Shown here: piece by piece, positions 25,856 to 32,000 of the stretch
Position numbering within the stretch: position 1 is the first letter of the stretch
Layout: every line of letters begins with the position of its first letter
Source: Candidatus Electrothrix yaqonensis
GTDB lineage: Bacteria; Desulfobacterota; Desulfobulbia; Desulfobulbales; Desulfobulbaceae
Reading direction: 5' to 3'
DNA: 32,000 nucleotides
NCBI GenBank assembly: GCA_047651235.1
Contig: CP178758.1
Location: 360,001 to 392,000, forward strand
Program-made: the position numbers and the translations under genes
Notes under the pieces: model-generated
Told to the model about the DNA's origin: nothing
The model's input: the letters and a program-made list of their open reading frames with translations, nothing else
The model's database searches: none

Positions 25856-27202
25856 TTACACTCCGTATCTTTTCAGTTTATTCAGGAGGGTTTTTCTGGT
25901 GATCTGCAGCCGCCGGGCTGCTTCGCTGCGGTTGCCGTTGGTCTCTTTCAGGGTTTTCAGGATCAGTGCCTGTTCCGCCTCTTTCAGGGTGGACGGTTCC
26001 TCCAGCTCTGATTTCGGATTCATCCCCGCCCAGCGCCGGACAGGGATAGGCAGGCTGTCAGCGTCAAGATACTCACCCCGCATCAGGATGACCCCGCGTT
26101 CAATAGCATTTTCCAGTTCCCGGACATTGCCCGGCCACGGATAGCGGTTCAGAATGTCCATGCATTCCGGCGTGATTCCCTGCACCTTCCGTTTGTTCCG
26201 TTCTGCAAAATTACGGAGAAAAAAATCGGCCAGCAGGGGGATATCGCCGTCGCGGTCACTGAGGGCGGGCATATCCAGGGCAACCACGTTGAGTCGGTAG
26301 TACAGATCCTCCCGGAATCGTCCTTCCTTGACCTCGGCCTCCAGATTCCGGTTGGTGGCCGTCACAATGCGTACATCAACGGTGATGACCTCCTGACCGC
26401 CGACCCGCTGCAGTTCATGTTCCTGCAGGACTCGCAGCAGTTTTGCCTGCATGGCCGGGGTGGTCTCGCCGATTTCATCAAGAAAAAGGGTACCCTGCTG
26501 GGCCTGGACAAAACAGCCTTCCCGCCGCCGGTCAGCCCCGGTGAACGCTCCTTTTTCATGCCCGAACAGTTCCGATTCCAGCAGGGTTTCGGAGAGGGCG
26601 GCACAGTTCACTTTGATGAATGGCCCCTTTCTGCGTCGGCTTTTATAGTGCAGGGCCGAGGCAACCAGTTCCTTGCCGGTCCCGGACTCACCGGTAATCA
26701 GCACAGTGGCCTCTGTAGGCGCAACCTGGATAATCATTTCCCACAGGGCCTGCATGGGAGGAGATGAGCCGATAATCCTGCCGTCTTCGCCAAAGGGCTT
26801 CTCGGACAGCTCTGCCGCATCCGGCTGCTGCCGATGTCCCATGGCAACTTCCAGGGTCTGCCGGAGGCGCTCGAAATCAATGGGTTTGGTCAGGTAATCA
26901 TGGGCGCCCAGCTTAATCGCCTCCACTGCTGAATCGATCGAGGAGTACGCTGTCATCATGACCACCGGAATAGCCGGATTAACGGTCTGGATCTCCTGCA
27001 GAGCCTCCAGACCGCCCAGGGGTTCCATGCACACATCCATCAGAATGACATCAAAGGGGCCTTTCCGCACTGCCTCAATCGCTGTCTCCCCGTCATCTGC
27101 TTCCTGACACGACCAGCCCCATTCGGTCAGCATGGAATAGAGCATATACCTGTGTACCTGCTCATCATCGACAATTAATATTTTGACGTCCTTTTGGTTC
27201 AT
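25856..27202 (-). CDS. Sigma-54-dependent response regulator (NtrC family: REC, AAA+, Fis-type HTH)
   Basis: REC domain: KILIVDDE...DVILMDVCMEPLGG...TAY. AAA+ domain: GESGTGKE, the GAFTGA loop (EKGAFTGA) and LFLDEIGE. C-terminal HTH: NGNRSEAARRLQITRKTLLNKLKRYG. Confidence 0.9.
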   Translation of the reverse strand: MNQKDVKILIVDDEQVHRYMLYSMLTEWGWSCQEADDGETAIEAVRKGPFDVILMDVCMEPLGGLEALQEIQTVNPAIPVVMMTAYSSIDSAVEAIKLGAHDYLTKPIDFERLRQTLEVAMGHRQQPDAAELSEKPFGEDGRIIGSSPPMQALWEMIIQVAPTEATVLITGESGTGKELVASALHYKSRRRKGPFIKVNCAALSETLLESELFGHEKGAFTGADRRREGCFVQAQQGTLFLDEIGETTPAMQAKLLRVLQEHELQRVGGQEVITVDVRIVTATNRNLEAEVKEGRFREDLYYRLNVVALDMPALSDRDGDIPLLADFFLRNFAERNKRKVQGITPECMDILNRYPWPGNVRELENAIERGVILMRGEYLDADSLPIPVRRWAGMNPKSELEEPSTLKEAEQALILKTLKETNGNRSEAARRLQITRKTLLNKLKRYGV

Positions 27203-27413
27203 TGATTCAGCAGGTTGTTATAATTCTTCTCAGAGGAAGACAGGTTGAACGGGCTCTTATCCGGCAAAAAAGCATATTCAGTAATCTGATCTGCAGCTAC
27301 CACATTATTGGAATAATTGTAGTATATAAAATAACCTGAAAACAGATTGATGTCCATAAAAAAGGACTCCGGAAAGAAACAATCAAAGGGGTGTAACGCT
27401 GCAGGGAACTCCT

Positions 27414-28070
27414 TTAGCCCCGCAGCGAGATGATATCCCAGCCTTTCTGCCGGGCAATAGCAGCCAGCCTGTCGTCTGGATCAACGGCAACAGGGGTATC
27501 CACCTTTTCCAGCAGAGGCAGATCGTTGATGGAATCGCTATAAAAACAGCTGTCCGCCAGCGACATGCTGTTCTGGTCCAGCCACTGTTCCAGCCGATGC
27601 ACCTTGCCTTCATGAAAGCAGGGGATGCCTTCGATCTCCTTGGTATAGCGTCCGTTGACAATCTTGGGATCTGTGGCCAGCAGGTTGTCGATCCCGAAGG
27701 CGCGGGCAATGGGGCGGGTGACAAAGCTGTTGGTCGCCGTAATGATCATCAGAGTGCGGCCCTGGTCCTTATGCTCCCGGATCAGAGCCTGTGCCGGTTC
27801 GCCGATCATCGGTTCAATAACCTCCTGCATGAACTCGGCATGAAGGGCCTGCAGCTCCTCCATAGAGTGCTCAGACAGGGGCCGAAAGCTGAAGGCGGAG
27901 AATTCATAAATATCAAGAACGCCCTGTTTATACTGCTCATAGAAGCGGTTGTTTTTCGCTTCATACGAGGCCTCGTCAACGAGTTTTTTGCGGATCAGAA
28001 AGCGTCCCCATTCATAATCGCTGTCACCAGCCAGCAGGGTATTGTCCAGATCAAATAAAGAGAGCGGCAT
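27414..28070 (-). CDS. HAD-IB family hydrolase (SerB-like phosphatase subfamily)
   Basis: Motif I is LSLFDLDNTLL, followed by ...IITATNSF... and ...FYSDSINDLPLLE. I prefer the ATG at 28070 (MPLSLFD). The longer ORF to 28169 overlaps miaB. Confidence 0.75.
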   Translation of the reverse strand: MPLSLFDLDNTLLAGDSDYEWGRFLIRKKLVDEASYEAKNNRFYEQYKQGVLDIYEFSAFSFRPLSEHSMEELQALHAEFMQEVIEPMIGEPAQALIREHKDQGRTLMIITATNSFVTRPIARAFGIDNLLATDPKIVNGRYTKEIEGIPCFHEGKVHRLEQWLDQNSMSLADSCFYSDSINDLPLLEKVDTPVAVDPDDRLAAIARQKGWDIISLRG

Positions 28071-28122
28071 ATATTTTCTGTATTTTCTGTACGATTTTTT
28101 ATGATGGGAGTTTGGGAGTATA

Positions 28123-29514
28123 TCAGTCGGCGTGCCCGGGCGCAAGGGGAGTGTCGGTTCTTTCTCCATTTAATGAATGGCGGCCCGCGTGGGTGATGGT
28201 GACCAAGATAAGGTCGCCGGGCGACAGGTTTTCCGGGCCGGTAAAATGGACAATATGATTTGTCCCGGTCCGGCCCTGTACCCCTGCTGAAGAAGAACGC
28301 TCAACCATGACTTCCACTGTTCTGCCGAGGAATTCTTGGTTGCGTTCCAGACTGATGGCATCCTGGCGCTGCTGAAACTGCTGCAGGCGTTCACTTTTGA
28401 CCTGCTCGTCCACCTTGTCGGTAAAATCTGCTGAACGGGTATTGGGCCGGTCAGAGTATTTAAAGGAGAAGGAACCGTGGAACCGGACGGTTTCCAGCAA
28501 GTCCAAAGTTTGGGCAAAATCCTCTTCGGTTTCTCCAGGAAAGCCGACAATAATATCCGTACTCAGGGCAATTCCCGGACAGAAGGAACGCAGCTCGGCA
28601 ACTTTTTCCAGATACAGTTCCCTAGTGTACTTGCGGTTCATTTTTTTCAGGACGGCATTGGACCCGGCCTGCACCGGCAGGTGGAAATGCGGGCAGAGGT
28701 TGGGGACATTGCGGAAACACTGCATCAGCTTGGAGGACAGATCCTGCGGATTTGAGGTGGTAAAGCGCAGGCGCTCCAGGCCCGGTACGGCAGCAACCAT
28801 CTGCAGGAGGTCGGCAAAGCCGGTGGGCTGCTCGGCCACTGCATTGGTACAGCCGTAGGAGTTGACATTCTGGCCCAGCAGGGTGATTTCTTTGATTCCC
28901 CGACTGACCAGCAGTTCGACTTCCTCCAGAATATCGGCTACCGGGCGGCTGATCTCCCGGCCCCTGGTGGCGGGCACAACGCAGTAGCTGCAGAAATTAT
29001 TGCATCCCTGCATGATGGTGACGAATTTGCGGAATTCTGACCGGGCAGGGGAGGAAGCCGTATTGTTTGTACTGTCCGTATCATGCAGCAGTCTCTGAAA
29101 CGGCGGAATGGCAAAGGCCCTGTCCAGATCACAGGCAAGTTCCCTGCTGGTCTCCCCGCGCTCCAGGCGGCCGAGCATTTCCGGGAGCTGATAGACCTGC
29201 TGGGTGCCGAGCACCATATCCACATGGGGCATCCGCCGGAAGATCTGTTCTCCCTCCTGCTGGGCCACACAACCGGCCACCGCGATGCGCAGATCAGGCT
29301 GCTTTTTCTTCTGCTGCCGGAGCGCACCGAGCAGACTGAAGACCTTCTGCTCTGCCTTGGCCCGGATGGAGCAGGTATTGAGAATCACCAGATCGGCTTC
29401 GTTCTGCTCTGCCACCGGGATATAGCCGCTCTGCGCCAGCAGCTGCTCCATGATTTCCGAGTCCCGCTCGTTCATCTGGCAGCCGAAGGTTTTTATATAA
29501 ACGTGTCTGCTCAT
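28123..29514 (-). CDS. miaB: tRNA-i6A37 methylthiotransferase MiaB (radical SAM)
   Basis: N-terminal UPF0004 domain (YIKTFGCQMNERDSE), radical-SAM CxxxCxxC (CNNFCSYCVVP) and a C-terminal TRAM-like region. Its ATG overlaps the stop of the upstream gene (ATGA). Confidence 0.9.
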   Translation of the reverse strand: MSRHVYIKTFGCQMNERDSEIMEQLLAQSGYIPVAEQNEADLVILNTCSIRAKAEQKVFSLLGALRQQKKKQPDLRIAVAGCVAQQEGEQIFRRMPHVDMVLGTQQVYQLPEMLGRLERGETSRELACDLDRAFAIPPFQRLLHDTDSTNNTASSPARSEFRKFVTIMQGCNNFCSYCVVPATRGREISRPVADILEEVELLVSRGIKEITLLGQNVNSYGCTNAVAEQPTGFADLLQMVAAVPGLERLRFTTSNPQDLSSKLMQCFRNVPNLCPHFHLPVQAGSNAVLKKMNRKYTRELYLEKVAELRSFCPGIALSTDIIVGFPGETEEDFAQTLDLLETVRFHGSFSFKYSDRPNTRSADFTDKVDEQVKSERLQQFQQRQDAISLERNQEFLGRTVEVMVERSSSAGVQGRTGTNHIVHFTGPENLSPGDLILVTITHAGRHSLNGERTDTPLAPGHAD

Positions 29515-30329
29515 GCCTGCCCTTCCTCTGTTTCGCTGATATCTTCGCCCAGGTAGGCCTTAATGACCTCCGGGTTGTTCCGGACAGCCTCAGGAGTACC
29601 CTCAGCTATCTTTCTGCCGTAATCCATGACAAAAATATGATCGGCCAGACTCATGACCAGTTTCATATCATGCTCGATCAGGAGGACGGACAGGCCGTCC
29701 TCCCGGATTTCCGTGATCAGTTCGTCAAGTTCGGCTGTTTCCTGGGGATTCATGCCTGCTGCCGGTTCATCTAATAGAAGCAGAACCGGATCAGTGGCCA
29801 AGGCACGGGCGATCTCTAGCCTGCGCTGGGCACCGTAAGAGAGATTTTTGGCAAAGTCATCGGCCTGAGCCGCAAGACCGATCTTCTCCAGCAGGGCAAA
29901 GGAGCGGGCAATGGTTGCTTTCTCCTCCTGCACAGCTTTGCCTGTCCGCAGGACCGCGCCGAGGACGCCGGAGCGGGTCCGGCAGTGGCGGCCGATCATC
30001 ACGTTTTCCAGCACGGTCATATTGGGGAAGAGCCGGATATTCTGAAAGGTGCGGGCAAGGCCCTGGGCCGTCACCTTGTTCGGTTTGAGGCCGTTCAGCC
30101 GCTTGGGCGCGCGGCCCGGCGGCTGAACCCGGATCGTGCCGGAGGTGGGTTTGTAAATCCCGGTCAGGCAGTTGAAAAAGGTGGTCTTGCCTGCCCCGTT
30201 CGGACCGATCAGGGCGGCAATCTCTCCCTGCGTGATCCGGATATCCAGTTTATCTAAGGCCCTGATGCCGCCGAACTGCATGGTCAGGCCGCTGACCTCA
30301 AGGATAGAATTATTGCTTTGCTCGGTCAT
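29511..30329 (-). CDS. livG: LivG-type ABC transporter ATP-binding protein (branched-chain amino acid family), with no partner genes in the window
   Basis: LEVSGLTMQFGGIRALDKLD...LIGPNGAGKTTFFNCLTGIYKPTSG...ARTFQNIRLFPNMTVLENV...LSYGAQRRLEIARAL...LLLDEPAAGMN...PEVIKAYLGE. Confidence 0.8.
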   Translation of the reverse strand: MTEQSNNSILEVSGLTMQFGGIRALDKLDIRITQGEIAALIGPNGAGKTTFFNCLTGIYKPTSGTIRVQPPGRAPKRLNGLKPNKVTAQGLARTFQNIRLFPNMTVLENVMIGRHCRTRSGVLGAVLRTGKAVQEEKATIARSFALLEKIGLAAQADDFAKNLSYGAQRRLEIARALATDPVLLLLDEPAAGMNPQETAELDELITEIREDGLSVLLIEHDMKLVMSLADHIFVMDYGRKIAEGTPEAVRNNPEVIKAYLGEDISETEEGQA

Positions 30330-30926
30330 TTTCAGCTGAATGTTCTTGTAGCAGGCTTGGAGGGAATTGTGACAAAGGCCCGTTGCCCGGTTTGCTGCTT
30401 CCGCATGACTTACATATTAAAGCATTATACAATAATCGAAACGCAAAAAACTTTATAGGAGGTTCTGAATGCTGCTTTTTTGCTGAACACAATCAAAGAT
30501 CATCGGTGCAGGCAGAGACAGCGTGCGCATATTTGACTGTACTGAGCGGTTCGAATTCTTATCGTAAAATTCACTTGTTCATTGAAGCACATTAAACTCA
30601 GTTTCAGATAAAAAATGACGTGGGAGCAGGAGAAGGCCGTTTCAATCTGAAAAAAAACTTGCCCGCACGCAAAGATCGGTGTATATCTGAAGAAATAATG
30701 TTGTGTAGTCACTTTTATGCAGTTTATGGATACAGAAAAAATACCGCATAATCCTCAACCAAGGTAAGAGGCGTGCGGTTTTTTTGTGCGAACAACAGCG
30801 GTGACTGCCGCCGGTGATTGCCTTTTCCTGCTGCAGGAAAAAGGAAAAAGCAGCCTGCCGGAGTCTGAATGATTTAAGCGGTTCTGCAGACAGATCTGAA
30901 TCGCGAACAGTAAGGAGTACCAGGAA

Positions 30927-31127
30927 ATGGCAGAAGGCACAGTAAAATGGTTTAACGATGCCAAGGGTTATGGATTTATCGAGCAGGACGGCGGGCCTGA
31001 TGTTTTTGTACATCATTCCGCAATTCAGGCTGAAGGCTTCAAGTCACTGAAGGAAGGCTCGCGGGTTACCTTTGAGGTAGTGAACGGTCCCAAAGGTCTG
31101 GCTGCGGAGAACGTTGTTCAGCAGTAA
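30927..31127 (+). CDS. cspA: Cold-shock protein, CspA family
   Basis: [33 protein letters not shown] contains the RNP1 (KGYGFI) and RNP2 (VFVHH) motifs. A TAAGGAG Shine-Dalgarno precedes it. 66 aa. Confidence 0.95.
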   Translation: MAEGTVKWFNDAKGYGFIEQDGGPDVFVHHSAIQAEGFKSLKEGSRVTFEVVNGPKGLAAENVVQQ

Positions 31128-31159
31128 ATAAAGTAAGCGCTGATGCAAAGCAGCTGCAG

Positions 31160-31190
31160 AAACCCCGTATTCAGTGCGGGGTTTTTTATT
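31160..31190 (+). terminator. Rho-independent terminator downstream of cspA
   Basis: The stem AACCCCG (31161-31167) pairs with CGGGGTT (31177-31183) around a 9-nt loop. The following T residues run into a T-rich tract, TTTTTTATTTTT. Confidence 0.7.
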
Positions 31191-31224
31191 TTTGAGATAT
31201 TGTCGGGAAAGACAGGAGGAATTT

Positions 31225-31380
31225 GTGGCCAGAACAAATTATTCATTTGAAAAGCGTCGGAAAGAATTAACCAAGAAAAAAAAGAAAGAAGAAAAGCAAC
31301 AGCGTAAGCTGGAGAAGAAGAAACTGCTTGAGGAACAGGCCAACTCTGTTCCTGTTCAGGCAGATAGAGTGGATGAATAA
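31225..31380 (+). CDS. Small (51 aa) lysine-rich charged protein, function unknown
   Basis: AGGAGG at 31214-31219, a 5-nt spacer, then GTG at 31225. Sequence: (M)ARTNYSFEKRRKELTKKKKKEEKQQRKLEKKKLLEEQANSVPVQADRVDE. The GTG at 31174 that starts the track ORF lies inside the cspA terminator and is unlikely to be used. Confidence 0.5.
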   Translation: MARTNYSFEKRRKELTKKKKKEEKQQRKLEKKKLLEEQANSVPVQADRVDE

Positions 31381-31509
31381 CGTTTCCGGGCCATAAGTTC
31401 GGGCCTGACAAAGCGGAAGAAGTCCGGTCGATTCAGTTTTCCTCCCCCTTTTTCCGCCCCTTCCTGCAGTTTTATTAAGAAGTGCTAAAAAAAATTCGAG
31501 AGAAGTAAC

Positions 31510-32000
31510 GTGATCAGTACGACCAATATCGGGCTCTCTTATGGCAAGAGGGTTATCTTTAAAGATGTCAATATCAAGTTCACACCGGGTAACTGCTACG
31601 GCCTTATCGGGGCAAACGGTGCCGGTAAGTCTACCTTCCTGAATATTCTTTCCGGGCAGATTGATCCGGATCAGGGAAAAGTTTCCAAGGCACCGGGCCA
31701 GCGTATCGCTTTCCTGAACCAGGATCAGTTCGCCTTTGATGACTATTCTGTTGTCGATACAGTTATAATGGGGCATAAAAAACTCTATACGGTTATGGCC
31801 GAGCGCGAGGCCATTTATGCCAAGGCTGATTTTACGGAAGAGGACGGGATACGTTCCGGTGAACTTGAGGTGCTGTTCGGGGAAATGAACGGCTACGAGG
31901 CGGAGGCAGAGGCGGCAGTCCTGTTGAATGGCCTCGGTATCGGGGAAGACCTGCGACTGAAGAAGATGAAGGAGCTGGAGGGCAGCGAAAAGGTGCGGGT
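31510..32000 (+). CDS. ABC-F family ATPase (YbiT-like), 5' partial, running off the window
   Basis: Starts at GTG 31510: ISTTNIGLSYGKRVIFKDVNIKFTPGNCYGLIGANGAGKSTFLNILSG...FLNQDQFAFDDYSVVDTVIMGHKKLY...GEMNGYEAEA... It is collinear with the N-terminal cassette of ABC-F proteins. It is absent from the ORF track because no stop falls within the window. The antisense ORF 31267-31776 is a shadow ORF. Confidence 0.85.
   Translation, partial: MISTTNIGLSYGKRVIFKDVNIKFTPGNCYGLIGANGAGKSTFLNILSGQIDPDQGKVSKAPGQRIAFLNQDQFAFDDYSVVDTVIMGHKKLYTVMAEREAIYAKADFTEEDGIRSGELEVLFGEMNGYEAEAEAAVLLNGLGIGEDLRLKKMKELEGSEKVR

Noticed and set aside
27203-27413. A T-rich tract after the HAD hydrolase stop (…GGAGTCCTTTTTTAT on the minus strand), considered as an intrinsic terminator
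   Set aside because: Only a 5-bp stem with a very long loop can be drawn ahead of the T-run, which is not convincing as a rho-independent terminator.
30546-30556. GGTTCGAAT, a tRNA T-loop-like motif
   Set aside because: The flanking bases cannot form a T-stem (GAGCG versus CTTAT), and no acceptor or anticodon arms can be drawn. It appears to be a chance match.
31267-31776. A 169-aa minus-strand ORF overlapping the start of the ABC-F gene
   Set aside because: The plus strand encodes a textbook ABC-F N-terminus (Walker A GANGAGKST) over the same bases, so the minus-strand ORF is a shadow.
1-32000. A search for CRISPR arrays, tandem repeats, and rRNA or tRNA genes
   Set aside because: Reading both strands by eye showed no regularly spaced direct repeats and no structured RNA gene signatures. 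The only repeats found are IS-derived. Eye-scanning can miss degenerate repeats.

Overview
This 32-kb window is transcribed almost entirely from the minus strand. It looks like a chromosomal segment from a Desulfobacterota-like organism. That assignment is a guess, based on a Desulfovibrio-gigas-type ferredoxin, a sigma-54 activator and the overall gene content. Three kinds of content are interleaved. (1) GC-rich housekeeping genes: tsaB, rseP, a ferredoxin, an NtrC-type regulator, a HAD-IB hydrolase, miaB, an orphan livG-like ATPase, cspA, a small Lys-rich ORF and a 5' partial ABC-F ATPase. (2) Two surface-polysaccharide modules. One is a strongly AT-rich Wzx/Wzy-type cassette at 1098-13643. 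It encodes a flippase, methyltransferase, sulfotransferase, FemAB-like acyl/aminoacyl transferase, deacetylase-like protein, polymerase, one destroyed gene, a glutaminase-fused N-acetyl-sugar amidotransferase and a GT4. The other is an export/assembly module at 19525-25655 with a Wzc-like protein, a frame-broken Wza, a beta-barrel protein and two GT2 genes. A WbpM/PglF-type dehydratase gene sits at 14952-16952. (3) A large amount of decayed IS material: an IS4-like element, an IS982-like element, an IS1-family element, an IS5-family pseudogene, an IS630-like C-terminal scrap, a 111-bp IS1-derived miniature element and an orphan transposase-like HTH. The best-supported results come from reading the DNA directly. 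One roughly 340-codon gene was cut into three pieces by two different IS elements, and both junctions heal in frame. The IS1 transposase is interrupted by an in-frame TAG rather than a frameshift. The wza-like gene has its signal peptide in a different frame across an A5 tract. The most novel-looking item is the AT-rich tailoring cassette, especially the class-II glutaminase::PP-loop amidotransferase fusion. Its chemistry is inferred, not shown. No rRNA, tRNA or CRISPR array was seen.
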